From: a plasmid
Reading direction: 5' to 3' (one strand)
DNA length: 64,000 nt
Sequence record: NZ_CP090008.1
The position numbers were made by a program, and so were the translations under genes. Of this stretch, positions 47,307 through 58,379 are shown piece after piece. The notes under the pieces were generated by a model. That model was given only the letters and a program-made list of their open reading frames with translations, made no database searches and had not been told where the DNA came from. Every line of letters starts with the position of its first letter. Position 1 is the stretch's first letter.

Positions 47307-49430
47307 TTAGTAATCCGTCTGATAAAGTTTTTTATACAAACCATTTTTCATATTCAATAGTTCTGTATGACTTCCTTGTTCTACAATTTCTCCTTTATCC
47401 ATTACAAAAATCTGGTTAGAATCGATAATGGTAGAAAGTCGATGTGCAATAACAATAATTGTAATATTTTGTTCTTTAAATTTCTGCATAATCTCTTTTT
47501 CATTAACATTATCTAGATAACTTGTGGCTTCATCTAAAAGTATTATTTTAGGTTTCTTAACTAGCGCTCTTGCTAAAATTATTCTCTGACGTTGCCCTCC
47601 TGACAGATTCATTCCCATTTCTGAAACTAAAGTATTATACCCCATGGGCATTTCCATAATTTCATCATGGATATTAACTAACTTACAAATTTTTGTCATT
47701 TCTTCCTCTGAGACTGAGATATCTCCAGCAATATTCTCATGTATGGTTTTATTAAATAAAGTCATGTCTTGTGGGACAATGCCAATTTGTTGACGAAGAT
47801 ACTGTTTATCCAACAAATTATAATCTAAGTCATCAAATAAAATACTACCTGAGGATGCTGGAAATAAACCTATCAATAATTTGGAAAGGGTACTTTTACC
47901 TGATCCAGAAGAGCCAACAATTGCTACCTTTTCCCCTTTCTTTATTTCAATAGACACATTAGAGAGTACTTTTTTACTATCTCTAGTATATGAAAATGAA
48001 ACATTTTTAAGTGCGATTTCCCCATTTAAGTCGTGTTTCACTACACCATTTATTTCAGTTTCTTCATCTAAAATCTCTAAAATCCGAGATAAAAATGTTT
48101 TGCTATTGTAGAATGCTACAATCGTATCAAAAATACTATTAATCTTACCAAATAATAGAGATGACAAAGAATATACTGCAAAAATTCCACCTAACTTATT
48201 ACCTAAATGATTATCTGGCAACAACATAATAAATAATAGGATAAATGGAGATATAAAAGTGATAATTGAAAATAACGAATTAACAACACTTGAGAACAAT
48301 TCACTGGCTCTATATCTATAAAGATACTTATCTAAATAACCTTTCCATTGTTTAAACGTTCGAACTTCAAATCCTTCCATTTTTATTCCCATCATAGAAT
48401 AAATCATTTCGATTTGTTTATTTTGGAGATCATTCTGAGCTATCACAAAAGATTTACTTTTTTGTTCCAAATTCTTTCTAGTCAATAGAAGCAACAACAA
48501 ATTTATTACCACTAACATAAGAGCGATAATCGCCACGAAAAAATCAATATATAGAAAGTAAAACAAAATACAAATTACAAAACCAATATCTAATATTCCT
48601 AGTACAACCTGATTTGTAAATAATTGCCGAATTCTACCCAAACCATTTATAGAATAAATTAAATCACCACTACTTCTAGTAGAGAAAAATTTATATGGTA
48701 ATTGAAATAAACGACCAATTACACTATTATTCAGTCTTTTATCTATATCGTTTGTCAGATTAATAGAAAGATATCTCTGACCGAGCATTATAATAAAGTA
48801 TAGTAATGTAAAAATAATAAAATTGAGCGCTAAAATTGCTGGATTAAACTGATTACCACCTGTTGCTTGATTTAATAGCTGTTGCGTCCATATAGGTAGA
48901 ATAAAGCTAACCGCATAACTTACAAAAGTTAGAAATAACAGAGGTACAAAATATTGCCAAGATTGCCAAAGTTGCGCATAAATCTCTCCGTAATTCTCTT
49001 TTGATTTTTGTTTTATTACTCTATCACTGCTAGAAATACTAATTAAAAATTCTGAGAAACCGGCTGAGAACTCATTTAAATCATATCTTAATTTTCCGAG
49101 TTCAGGATCAATTACCCAAACAAATTTAGAAGTTACTTTTTCTACAACAACAAAATGCTTACTCTCCCACAATGCAATGGCTGGAACTTTTATCTGTTTA
49201 TATACATCTGGTCTATCTTTTGGAAAACGGAATGATTTCACTTTAAATCCCATATTTTCTAACAGTTCAATTAAATTTTGAAAACTAGTTCCATCCCTCC
49301 CTGTTTCTTTTAGATTTCTCAGATCTTTAACGGAAATTTCGTGATTATAAAAACTCGACACCATCGCAACACAGCATAATCCACACTCTGTTTTTTGGTG
49401 TTGTTCGATAAACGGGATGTTTCTTTTCAT
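47307..49430 (-). CDS. lanT: Bacteriocin/lanthipeptide ABC exporter with N-terminal C39 peptidase domain (LanT)
   Basis: QKTECGLCC (C39 catalytic Cys), 6 TM, Walker A GSSGSGKST, LSGGQRQR. Confidence 0.85.
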   Translation of the reverse strand: MKRNIPFIEQHQKTECGLCCVAMVSSFYNHEISVKDLRNLKETGRDGTSFQNLIELLENMGFKVKSFRFPKDRPDVYKQIKVPAIALWESKHFVVVEKVTSKFVWVIDPELGKLRYDLNEFSAGFSEFLISISSSDRVIKQKSKENYGEIYAQLWQSWQYFVPLLFLTFVSYAVSFILPIWTQQLLNQATGGNQFNPAILALNFIIFTLLYFIIMLGQRYLSINLTNDIDKRLNNSVIGRLFQLPYKFFSTRSSGDLIYSINGLGRIRQLFTNQVVLGILDIGFVICILFYFLYIDFFVAIIALMLVVINLLLLLLTRKNLEQKSKSFVIAQNDLQNKQIEMIYSMMGIKMEGFEVRTFKQWKGYLDKYLYRYRASELFSSVVNSLFSIITFISPFILLFIMLLPDNHLGNKLGGIFAVYSLSSLLFGKINSIFDTIVAFYNSKTFLSRILEILDEETEINGVVKHDLNGEIALKNVSFSYTRDSKKVLSNVSIEIKKGEKVAIVGSSGSGKSTLSKLLIGLFPASSGSILFDDLDYNLLDKQYLRQQIGIVPQDMTLFNKTIHENIAGDISVSEEEMTKICKLVNIHDEIMEMPMGYNTLVSEMGMNLSGGQRQRIILARALVKKPKIILLDEATSYLDNVNEKEIMQKFKEQNITIIVIAHRLSTIIDSNQIFVMDKGEIVEQGSHTELLNMKNGLYKKLYQTDY

Positions 49431-49442
49431 ATCTAACCCCCA

Positions 49443-52397
49443 TTAATTTAAAAGTAGTATATCATTTAATCTAGTCCTACTTTTTCTATCATTAGCCATC
49501 AATATTCCCATTTCTCCTGTCAAAATCCCCCAATCATCACATTCATAAGTTTCTTTATCCAAAAGATATGAACTACTTTCAGTAGCTATTCTATTTTCTA
49601 TATCAACAGAATAGCCTAAAATAGAATCTAAAATGACTAGGTTCCCGATACTTCCATGACAGATTGAATTATCTAAAGTAGAATCTTGATTTAAAATTTT
49701 ATTGGAATAATCTTGAACTTCGGTCTTTAAAAATTTGTCAGGAAATTCATTAGTTTCTAAATAGTTCTTGGCATTAACTATTCCCACAATACCATTACAC
49801 CATGAATAATACTTGACATTATTTCTTAAAGGAAAACAATTTTTTCCACATAGTAACGAACGTTCTTTGTCAAGATATTCTTTTATACAAGAAATAATGG
49901 AAGTTTTTGCATCAGATTTGCATGTGTTAGATAAAGAATATCTATAAAGTTGCGTAATAATGCCATAATTACCATGAGCATATCCAGGATCATTTTCAAT
50001 CCAAAATCCATCTTTTTTATATTTTTCTAGTATTTTTTGAACTACACCTTCAGACAATTTCTGAGTCAACTCAGTTACCCGAGAACTATCGAGCATTGTT
50101 TTCTGGATTTTTATCAGTACTCCTAAAATTCCTGCTAAACCACCTATTATATCTAAATTGTCAATATTTCGTAGATGTCTAAATGTTGATGACAATGTTT
50201 CATATATAATCTCTTCGATATCTTCAACAAATGGAGTACCTTCTTCTCTCAACACACACAATGTATATAAGTATCCATATACACCAGTAAAAGCACCTAA
50301 CTGGTGTACAGGGAAATTCCCTTGTAATTCTTTTATATAGTTATTGGTATAATTGATAACCCCAGGTAAAAGCGTCCGTAATCTAGTATCATCTATGCTT
50401 GTTATTCCTAAAATCATACCAGAAGTTCCACTATATAGACTATAATCCATTGGATATATCTCATAATTTTTATTCATAGCCACCATCGATAACCAACTAA
50501 TCTCAGTATTAAATTCAAATTTAGCTGATGAAATTCGATTGATTATATTTGAAGTAATAGTCTCAGTATTCGTGTGTTCTTCAGATATCCTAGATTTCTT
50601 TGGAAATAACTCGCTCCCCATAAAAGCCATATTTATAATTCGTTTTTGTCTGAGTAAATTATCATCTGATAAACTAGTTATTCTATTTAAAACTTTATTA
50701 ACAATACTATGTCCGTCTAAAGAACAAATATATCGACCTAGTCCATTACGAATTTCATTGCTACTTGTATTCGCATAAAATATTGGAATATCACCTTTTC
50801 TAAACTGACAAACCTCATCTTTCATCATAACATTATCAAAGAAATTAGCAACATCACCATATTCAAACAAACGAAGCAAATACATTTCAAAATCATATTT
50901 ATTTTTTAACAATTCTGGGTGGTGACTTGTTTCAAGAAATTGTGCATAAACATTGGTATTTCGATAAATATATCTCGTCTCACAATTCTCAAAATATTTA
51001 ACGATCATCCTAGAAACTATATCTCTATTTTGTAAAACAACTTTGTAAATAGTTTCAAATCCTCTTTGAACCTCGTTGAGATAATTAGAACACGATACGT
51101 TATTCCCTTTATATCTTACTGTGCTAGGGAAATCCCCGACCATTTTAAATACTTTTTCAATTCTAATTTCATCAGTCCCAACATTAGCCAGTTGATGGGA
51201 TAAATAAGGTGATTCTCGTCTTTCGCCTGAATTTAATGCTCCAATTTCCATTCCTTTGTCATTATTCGCTGAATAAAGACTCATTGGTAATATTCCCACA
51301 CTATAAACTGAGTTAGTTACAAAATTATAAATATTTTGTGAATTGGAAGTGATATTTACAGGTTCACTAAAATGCAATATCGTCTCATTATCAATAAGAT
51401 AAGGGTATTCTTGACAAGCTAAAATATTTTCACCATGATAATCTTTAGCACCAAAAATATGTAAAAATGCTAAAAGTTTTCCCATGTTTGTATAATAAGC
51501 TTCTACCTCCTGAAGTGAATTGCATTCTTTTTCTTCTATAAATTCTACAAAGCTATAAGAATCTTTACTCAATGTTTTAGGGACGAATAATGATTCTGAA
51601 AGTCCAAAACGATGAGCAAATTCTTTAGAAAATAAGCTCAAATTAACATCAATAGACATATTCCTTGGTTTGTAAACCAGCTTTTTCTTAGTATTTAATC
51701 TAAGAATACAGACGCTTTTACCATTAGAGTGAGTATCACCTGCATTAAAATCAATACTTGATAATTTTAAATCCTTATAATTAAAATAACTTTCTAAATC
51801 TAGTAGATTCTCTTCAAAATTAAGGATAATTTGTTCAATATAGTCCAAGATGTTAGAAATCTTTTTATCTAATAACTCAAACAAAACGGGATACTTTTTA
51901 TAAAACTCCAGGATGTAATCTCTATCCTTTAATAAAGTATTGATAAAATAATTATATCTCTTTTTACTGTCTTCACCTTTTAAACGAGACGCTCTCCTTA
52001 AATCATTAATCTCTAAAACAACCGTTCTGTAGCTCATATTCATACAAATTTCAAAAAATACTGATTCAATATCTAGAATAAATTCATTTGTATTAGTTAT
52101 ACATTGCGCTTTATTTAAAAAGCTAGTTAATCGCTCTAAGTATTTAAAGCAAATTGGTTTAAATAAATCTAGCCAATGAATACTTACTCTGAGTTTTTCC
52201 TGAGGGTTATATTCATCATATAAGATTGTTCCTAACTCTCGCTCAATATAATCTTTTCCCCACTGCTCGTACTGAAGAAATTTTTCTTCCCAATCTTGTA
52301 GACTATCTCCAGAGGTAGTCTTTAAAAATTCATCTAACTGCTCATCATCTTCGATATTATTAAATAAACTTAACCATTTTTCAGACACCATAGACAT
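49443..52397 (-). CDS. lanM: Class II lanthipeptide synthetase LanM (dehydratase + LanC-like cyclase)
   Basis: ~985 aa; C-terminal LanC motifs (SWCNG, CHGSIGN); SD AAGGAGG before ATG at 52397. Confidence 0.85.
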   Translation of the reverse strand: MSMVSEKWLSLFNNIEDDEQLDEFLKTTSGDSLQDWEEKFLQYEQWGKDYIERELGTILYDEYNPQEKLRVSIHWLDLFKPICFKYLERLTSFLNKAQCITNTNEFILDIESVFFEICMNMSYRTVVLEINDLRRASRLKGEDSKKRYNYFINTLLKDRDYILEFYKKYPVLFELLDKKISNILDYIEQIILNFEENLLDLESYFNYKDLKLSSIDFNAGDTHSNGKSVCILRLNTKKKLVYKPRNMSIDVNLSLFSKEFAHRFGLSESLFVPKTLSKDSYSFVEFIEEKECNSLQEVEAYYTNMGKLLAFLHIFGAKDYHGENILACQEYPYLIDNETILHFSEPVNITSNSQNIYNFVTNSVYSVGILPMSLYSANNDKGMEIGALNSGERRESPYLSHQLANVGTDEIRIEKVFKMVGDFPSTVRYKGNNVSCSNYLNEVQRGFETIYKVVLQNRDIVSRMIVKYFENCETRYIYRNTNVYAQFLETSHHPELLKNKYDFEMYLLRLFEYGDVANFFDNVMMKDEVCQFRKGDIPIFYANTSSNEIRNGLGRYICSLDGHSIVNKVLNRITSLSDDNLLRQKRIINMAFMGSELFPKKSRISEEHTNTETITSNIINRISSAKFEFNTEISWLSMVAMNKNYEIYPMDYSLYSGTSGMILGITSIDDTRLRTLLPGVINYTNNYIKELQGNFPVHQLGAFTGVYGYLYTLCVLREEGTPFVEDIEEIIYETLSSTFRHLRNIDNLDIIGGLAGILGVLIKIQKTMLDSSRVTELTQKLSEGVVQKILEKYKKDGFWIENDPGYAHGNYGIITQLYRYSLSNTCKSDAKTSIISCIKEYLDKERSLLCGKNCFPLRNNVKYYSWCNGIVGIVNAKNYLETNEFPDKFLKTEVQDYSNKILNQDSTLDNSICHGSIGNLVILDSILGYSVDIENRIATESSSYLLDKETYECDDWGILTGEMGILMANDRKSRTRLNDILLLN

Positions 52398-52508
52398 AAT
52401 GATTTCCTCCTTAATTACTAATAGATTATCAAATTTACCGTTTATTAGAATGAGTAATATGTGCAATTTTTGTAAATAAATTAAAAAAGCTGCATCTTCT
52501 GCAACTTT

Positions 52509-53105
52509 TTAATCTGGTGGAAAATAGCCCAACTGCTCAGCGATATGAATCGCCTCCTGCCTGTTAGTCACTCCAAATTTTGAAAAGATATTGGCCAAGT
52601 GATTGGAAACTGTACGTTTACTCACATCGACCTTGTCACAGACATCATCAATGGTCAAGCCATTTCTAACCAATTCTAGTATCTCGATTTCTCGTGGTGT
52701 TAGCACCTCTACCATCACTTCATCTGAAAAGACCTTACCACCTAGATAAATCTTTTCCAGTTTTTTCACCAACTCATCTGGGTTCATGCTTTTATCCAGA
52801 AAACCATAAGCCCCCATAGCTTTAGCTCGGTGTTCATACATCTTTTTGCTGTATCCCGTCAAAATTACAACCTTACTAGAGCAACCATTGTCGATAATCT
52901 CTTGTGCCAAGGTCAGCCCATCATCTTGATACAGACTCGTCAGGTTGATGTCAATCAAAATAATGTCGTAGTCATTAAAAGCAATCTTCGAAATAGTCGA
53001 AAAATTATCCACTAACTGGACCTTTTTAATGTTTTCCGATAACTCTAAAATCATCTTGATACTTTGGCTAAATAATTTATGATCATCAATTAACAAAATT
53101 TTCAT
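52509..53105 (-). CDS. lanR: LuxR/NarL-family response regulator
   Basis: REC domain MKILLIDDH…; C-terminal HTH LuxR (ILELVRNGLTIDDVCDKVDVSKRTVSNH). Confidence 0.8.
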   Translation of the reverse strand: MKILLIDDHKLFSQSIKMILELSENIKKVQLVDNFSTISKIAFNDYDIILIDINLTSLYQDDGLTLAQEIIDNGCSSKVVILTGYSKKMYEHRAKAMGAYGFLDKSMNPDELVKKLEKIYLGGKVFSDEVMVEVLTPREIEILELVRNGLTIDDVCDKVDVSKRTVSNHLANIFSKFGVTNRQEAIHIAEQLGYFPPD

Positions 53106-54660
53106 AACACAACTCCTTATCAATCGGGAGAGAAATTTCTACACGAAATCTCTTATTATTTTCAAAAATCTGCATCTGACCACCTAAAACACTAATTTTA
53201 TTAGACATATTTTTCAAGCCATAACCTAAGGATTTTTCTGTTTGAAGGCAGTCATTTTCAGAAATGATAAAAATAGCGTCATCATGCACATCAATCTTCA
53301 AAGAAATCGTTCCACCACTAGCGTACTTAACGGCATTGGTCGCCAACTCCTCAACCAGACGATAGGCAATTTTATCGTAAGGAGATAAAAGCCTAAAGTG
53401 GTCAGGAAACTGTGTGACGACTTCATTTTCTGCGTGATAGCGCTTGACAATCCGATTAATCAGCCCTTGATACTGGATGTCTAACTGCTCGTCTGTTTCT
53501 ACCATTGGCTGATAATAATCCATCCGCTCACGAATCCGCTGAACCAACTCCTCTGTCACCAGATTGATCTGTTCACCAAAAGCTTGATTGCTACTATATT
53601 GATTGAAATTTTTTATCGCCATCACATTTTGCAGGATTTCATTGTGAAGAAATTCGGAGAACTGTTGTTCTGTGTCTTCATTTGCCAGCAGACTTTTCAC
53701 CATACGATTACGCTTTAAAAAGAGAACTTTTACATAATCCCTAGCATCTAGCATTTCAGCAGAACGAAAGAGGCGAATCAATTCTTCCGAACAAATCCCG
53801 AACAATAGTAACATGATATTCAAGACCAAAAAGCTCGTGTTTAAGTCTAGACGAAAAATGATGAAAATACCTACTAACAAAAATATAACTAGTAAAAACA
53901 AGTGTGAAAAAGCTTTTATATAGGACAATTTCAACTCTGATACCTTTTTTTGAAGAGAGCTGACAATCGTTTTGAAGTGTACAAAAGCTAAGATACCAAG
54001 AATTTCTAGATACCAGACTAGGTTCATCACTCCTGAGCCCATCGTATTGATATACAAAAAGAAATAAGAAAGAGGCAATATCAAAGCTAATATCCACAAA
54101 TTTCGTCTCTGATACTTGAGCTTGCTTTTCAACTCTTTATGATATAAAATCAGTAAAATCAAGGGAACAAGGTTTAAAAAGAAAGACGCAAACAAGGACA
54201 GAAATAGAAAAATTGAAGGACTTAACAGATACGAACTAATGGTGATTAGTGTCAACACAAAGGACACACTCAACAGTTCTTCTCCTATTTTCTCTCCCAG
54301 AAAGATAATAGACAGAGAACTATACACCAATAAAAAAGAGTTGAGCGGATGAAGAATATCAAAAAAGTACAACAGGGTGCTCGCAACTCCTTGATTAAAT
54401 ATGGATTGCCAGCTAATGAGAAACATCATCAGGAGCAACCAAAGTTTCAACTCACTATACCGAAAGGTCACAATATTACAAATATAGCTAAATACAATTA
54501 AGGCAATAATCAGCAATAAAACCATCTGTAAGGAAAAATCTGTCGAAAAATCCAGAGGAATCCTATAATAAATATAAATCATCAAAGTTAGATGATTAAA
54601 AATCGTCAACCACCACAATAAAAGTGAGTTTTTCGATATCAATTTGACAAACTGTTTCAT
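53086..54660 (-). CDS. lanK: Membrane sensor histidine kinase (HisKA_3/NarL-partner type)
   Basis: Multi-TM N-terminus; C-terminal ATPase G-boxes. Confidence 0.7.
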   Translation of the reverse strand: MKQFVKLISKNSLLLWWLTIFNHLTLMIYIYYRIPLDFSTDFSLQMVLLLIIALIVFSYICNIVTFRYSELKLWLLLMMFLISWQSIFNQGVASTLLYFFDILHPLNSFLLVYSSLSIIFLGEKIGEELLSVSFVLTLITISSYLLSPSIFLFLSLFASFFLNLVPLILLILYHKELKSKLKYQRRNLWILALILPLSYFFLYINTMGSGVMNLVWYLEILGILAFVHFKTIVSSLQKKVSELKLSYIKAFSHLFLLVIFLLVGIFIIFRLDLNTSFLVLNIMLLLFGICSEELIRLFRSAEMLDARDYVKVLFLKRNRMVKSLLANEDTEQQFSEFLHNEILQNVMAIKNFNQYSSNQAFGEQINLVTEELVQRIRERMDYYQPMVETDEQLDIQYQGLINRIVKRYHAENEVVTQFPDHFRLLSPYDKIAYRLVEELATNAVKYASGGTISLKIDVHDDAIFIISENDCLQTEKSLGYGLKNMSNKISVLGGQMQIFENNKRFRVEISLPIDKELCYENFVN

Positions 54661-54740
54661 AAGTATCCACTTCCTGAACTACTTTAATATCAGTATAACA
54701 CAATACCAGAATTGTCGGATAGGCAACTCTGGTATTTGAC

Positions 54741-56756
54741 TTATTTTTCAATAATTTGCCAACTTACTCTGTAAGTCACTAGCAGGTAAAGGACAAAGAG
54801 TAAAACCGCTACTCCCAGATAGGTGATATCAATAGAAATGCTGGTATTAGCGAAATTCTCAAAATAGCCCAAAAGAGCTGTACTCAAGGCAAGTGCTAGC
54901 GGACCAGCGATAACCAGCGGAACCAAGAAATAACTTAGAATCTGTTGCAAAAGAATAGAGCGATTTTGCTTTCTCTTATTCCCAAGAAGGTATAAGATTT
55001 GATAATCATTGACACTTTCCAAAGAACTTGTAGAAGTTTGAAGTGACAAGATACTGAGGGAAATAATGATAAAAATAACACTGACAAAAATCATGACAAA
55101 GACGATGACGCCCATAAATCCAAGATAAATCTCAAAAATTCTTCCTTTCGTTTGATAGGTGAACGGATTCAACTCTGCTCCATCACGAGTGAAGTAGTAT
55201 TTTTCTATCCACTGACTTAAGAATGTTTCTACTTTCCGTTTGTCGATATTTTCTTTGAAATTGGCAACATAGGTCGTGTGGTCTTCCATCAATCCAACTA
55301 CTACCTTATCTGGTACAATTAAGGTTCCTGTGTCATTTGTACCCACTGACGATAAAAAGTAAACTGTTTCAAGTGGCTTTGAAGACGCAAGATTAAGAGA
55401 ATAACCGTTAATCATGAGGGTTTTTGTCGTTAATAGAAAGTCCTGAATCTGCTTGGCAGTTCCTTTATAGTTAGCATTGACCAGAAATTGGTTATCTGCC
55501 AAGTCAACCTCTCTTTCACCTTGCAGTTTGCGGAGATGATTGTAGGCAGAAATTCCTAAAATCGGTACTTTTGATTTAGGAAGTTCCTTATCATGCGCCC
55601 AGAGATTGCTAGTATCAATCAAATCTTTATAGGTTAAATCACTAGAATAGATAGGATAGCTGTACTCCTCTTTGAAGAGGTTAAAGTCAAATCCATCTGC
55701 TTTCAATCTGTCTTTGACAGATTCCTGAGAAAACTGGAACTCTTGACCACGATAAAGATTGACAGATACGTCATAAGGTGAGTATTTGTTCAGCTCTCGG
55801 TTCATAGTCGTATAGGCACTACCACTAAAAACTAGTAAGCTGAGAGCCAGTGTCAAGGTCAAGGATAAGACAGCCAACGTGACCGAATTACTATCAGCTT
55901 GTTTTGAAAATTGACGAATTTTAAAACTGTTTAGTTTGTTATAGTAGGTTTGAGGCAGTTTTCTAAGGGAAACCAAGATAAAATGGCTCAAGGTATTGTA
56001 AAATAAAATCACAAAAATCACGAAGACAGATACTAGCAAGATACCCCAACTTTTCAAGAGTGATAGATGGTGATAGTCTGAAAAATAGAAAGCACCAAAA
56101 CCGATAACAGCTGTCGAAAGAATAAAGAGAAGTGCTTGAAGAACTGGCTTGCCTTTTGCCAAGACAGATTTCTTGACCCCATTTTCTTGAATGAGTGCAA
56201 TGATATTCTGCTTTCTAAAGGTAAGAATGTCCATGACACCAACAATAAAACTGGTTACCAAATAGGAATAAACTAGTAAGATGACAGACTTGCTATCAAA
56301 GAAAAGCAGACTACCAAAGTAATTGGCCATAAAAAACTCAGATGCAATCTTAGCTAGAATGACCAGTAAGATCACTCCAAGCAAGAAACCTAGAATCAAG
56401 GAAAAGATATTGACCAGCATGGTTTCAAAGAACAGGGTACGGATAATCTGCCTCTTCTTCATTCCCAGCGTTGCATAAAGTCCCAGCTCTTTCTTGCGCC
56501 GTCCCAGGACAAAGTTTGTGGAATAAACGACGAGAAAGGCAATCGCCGATAGAATCAGATAGGAAAGCAAGCCCATGTACTGGCTCATCACCGTCGTTAA
56601 CATTTCCTTTGCTCCTGATAAACTTTGCATCACTGGATGGCTAGGTAAAGCATTAAAAGCGTAGAGCAAGCTATAAATCAAGGTCAGACTGAAAAAATAG
56701 ATGGTATAGGTCTGTAAATTTCGAAATACATTTCGTAAAATCAATTTTGGATACAT
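54741..56756 (-). CDS. FtsX-family ABC permease (lantibiotic immunity/efflux, 671 aa)
   Basis: 10-TM FtsX-like architecture with large extracellular domain. Confidence 0.7.
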   Translation of the reverse strand: MYPKLILRNVFRNLQTYTIYFFSLTLIYSLLYAFNALPSHPVMQSLSGAKEMLTTVMSQYMGLLSYLILSAIAFLVVYSTNFVLGRRKKELGLYATLGMKKRQIIRTLFFETMLVNIFSLILGFLLGVILLVILAKIASEFFMANYFGSLLFFDSKSVILLVYSYLVTSFIVGVMDILTFRKQNIIALIQENGVKKSVLAKGKPVLQALLFILSTAVIGFGAFYFSDYHHLSLLKSWGILLVSVFVIFVILFYNTLSHFILVSLRKLPQTYYNKLNSFKIRQFSKQADSNSVTLAVLSLTLTLALSLLVFSGSAYTTMNRELNKYSPYDVSVNLYRGQEFQFSQESVKDRLKADGFDFNLFKEEYSYPIYSSDLTYKDLIDTSNLWAHDKELPKSKVPILGISAYNHLRKLQGEREVDLADNQFLVNANYKGTAKQIQDFLLTTKTLMINGYSLNLASSKPLETVYFLSSVGTNDTGTLIVPDKVVVGLMEDHTTYVANFKENIDKRKVETFLSQWIEKYYFTRDGAELNPFTYQTKGRIFEIYLGFMGVIVFVMIFVSVIFIIISLSILSLQTSTSSLESVNDYQILYLLGNKRKQNRSILLQQILSYFLVPLVIAGPLALALSTALLGYFENFANTSISIDITYLGVAVLLFVLYLLVTYRVSWQIIEK

Positions 56757-56768
56757 ACTCTCCTCCTC

Positions 56769-57506
56769 CTATCTGGTACGGCTGTAAATCTCTTGCAAAT
56801 ACTGTTCATTAGATAAGCTGTTACGTTCCAAATCATCCATAATCTTTCCATCGCTAAGTAGCACCATCCGTGAAGAGTACTTGGCTGCGGCAGGGTCATG
56901 CGTAACCAGTAAAATGGTAATACCAAAACTTTTATTGATTTCCTGCAAAAGTACCATCAGTTTTTCAGAATTGGCAGAGTCCAAGGCTCCTGTCGGCTCA
57001 TCTGCGATAATCAGTTTAGAATCATCAATCAAGGCTCTAGCAGTTGCCACGCGTTGCCGCTGACCACCTGATAACTGATTAGGAAACTTATCTTTTAAGT
57101 TTTGGATGGCCAACTTATCCAAAATTTCCTCAATCTTATCCTGATGTTTTTTGATAGTTTTCCCCTGAATTTGAAGAGGTAGAACAATATTTTCATAAAC
57201 TGTCAAGGTTTCCACCAAGTTGTAAGCTTGGAAAATATAGGAAATGTTTTTAGCACGATAGTCAGCTAGTTCATTTTCCTTGGCATGGATGATGTCAAAA
57301 TCTTCAAATCGAATCTCACCTGATGTTGGTTTATCAATCGTTGAAATACAGTTGAGAAGTGTTGTTTTTCCACTACCACTAGCCCCCATAATTGCCAGAA
57401 ATTCACCTTTTTCAACGGACAAGTTCACATCTAATAAAGCATGAACGATATTATCCCCTTGACCAAATGTTTTCGTTAAGCCTGTCACATTAAGCTGTTT
57501 CATCAT
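56769..57506 (-). CDS. ABC transporter ATP-binding protein (partner of FtsX permease)
   Basis: GASGSGKTT, LSGGQRQR, IIADEPTGALD. Confidence 0.85.
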   Translation of the reverse strand: MMKQLNVTGLTKTFGQGDNIVHALLDVNLSVEKGEFLAIMGASGSGKTTLLNCISTIDKPTSGEIRFEDFDIIHAKENELADYRAKNISYIFQAYNLVETLTVYENIVLPLQIQGKTIKKHQDKIEEILDKLAIQNLKDKFPNQLSGGQRQRVATARALIDDSKLIIADEPTGALDSANSEKLMVLLQEINKSFGITILLVTHDPAAAKYSSRMVLLSDGKIMDDLERNSLSNEQYLQEIYSRTR

Positions 57507-57597
57507 TTCATTCCTCCGTTTCTTTTTTACACTCTCATTATACGGTTTCTTTCAAGGTTTGCCATGAGTATTTTGTGCAATATATTTATGCTATAAA

Positions 57598-57630
57598 AAA
57601 AGCCGATACTTTTTAGGTATCGGTCGATAT
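57598..57630 (-). terminator. Rho-independent terminator on minus strand between structural-peptide genes and immunity ABC genes (attenuator position)
   Basis: ACCGATACctaaaaaGTATCGGcttttttta on minus strand. Confidence 0.6.
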
Positions 57631-57633
57631 TGA

Positions 57634-57741
57634 TTATTTTCGATTGTTTCTTTTTTTCATAAAGTAAACAATCCCTATGACAATAACTCCTAAGACCAGT
57701 ACAGGTGCATAGAAGTCTAGTGTTCCAATAATCCCTTCCAT
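57634..57741 (-). CDS. Unannotated 35-aa single-TM peptide MEGIIGTLDFYAPVLVLGVIVIGIVYFMKKRNNRK
   Basis: SD GGAGG 8 nt upstream; between lanA1 and ABC ATPase. Confidence 0.5.
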   Translation of the reverse strand: MEGIIGTLDFYAPVLVLGVIVIGIVYFMKKRNNRK

Positions 57742-57772
57742 TTTATCCTCCTGTCAAAGAATAGAGGTGGTT

Positions 57773-57949
57773 TTATCCACAGCGCACGTTTGGCGAAGTA
57801 CATTCATAAGAATGTGTAAACCACCAACCACAGCGACCCTGTACTGTTAATCTAACAGCCGTACTCCACCCAGCAGCAGATTTACCATTCAACTCTTGGC
57901 TATTAATTTCATAATCCAAAGAATCAATCTCAAAGTTATCTTGTTTCAT
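57773..57949 (-). CDS. lanA1: Lanthipeptide precursor LanA1 (58 aa; core …STAVRLTVQGRCGWWFTHSYECTSPNVRCG)
   Basis: Leader EIDSLDYEINSQELNGKSAAG; Thr/Ser + 3 Cys core; TxSxEC motif. Confidence 0.75.
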   Translation of the reverse strand: MKQDNFEIDSLDYEINSQELNGKSAAGWSTAVRLTVQGRCGWWFTHSYECTSPNVRCG

Positions 57950-58035
57950 TTGTATTTATCCTCGTAAATATAACACTAAATCAAAGTGTTGTCAATGTTT
58001 TGTAATAAAATACTAGAATTTTCCTTTTGTTTTAT

Positions 58036-58218
58036 CTAACAATGAACATTATTTGTCGTACACTCATAGGAACAGGTGAAACACAATCCACAGCGACCTG
58101 CTAGTGTCATTTTAAAAGCTGTGTACCACCAGCCAGATCCTGAGGTACCATTGAGTTCCTGATTGTCAATTTCAAATTCAAGCGTATCAATCTCAGTATT
58201 TACTTTTTTACTTTTCAT
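58036..58218 (-). CDS. lanA2: Lanthipeptide precursor LanA2 (60 aa; MKSKKVNTEIDTLEFEIDNQELNGTSGSG|WWYTAFKMTLAGRCGLCFTCSYECTTNNVHC)
   Basis: Paralog of A1/A3/A4; SD GGAG. Confidence 0.75.
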   Translation of the reverse strand: MKSKKVNTEIDTLEFEIDNQELNGTSGSGWWYTAFKMTLAGRCGLCFTCSYECTTNNVHC

Positions 58219-58379
58219 AATTTTACTCCGTAAATTTCTTTCATTCCGTTCATATTTTCCGTAAACCTGTATATAGTCCTTCAGTCTACTCTCAAACCAA
58301 AGGACTATAACAAGTTTCAAATTGAAAAATGAATCCTATAGAAACAAATCTACATCAAACTTTTTAGTGGTGAGAAAAA

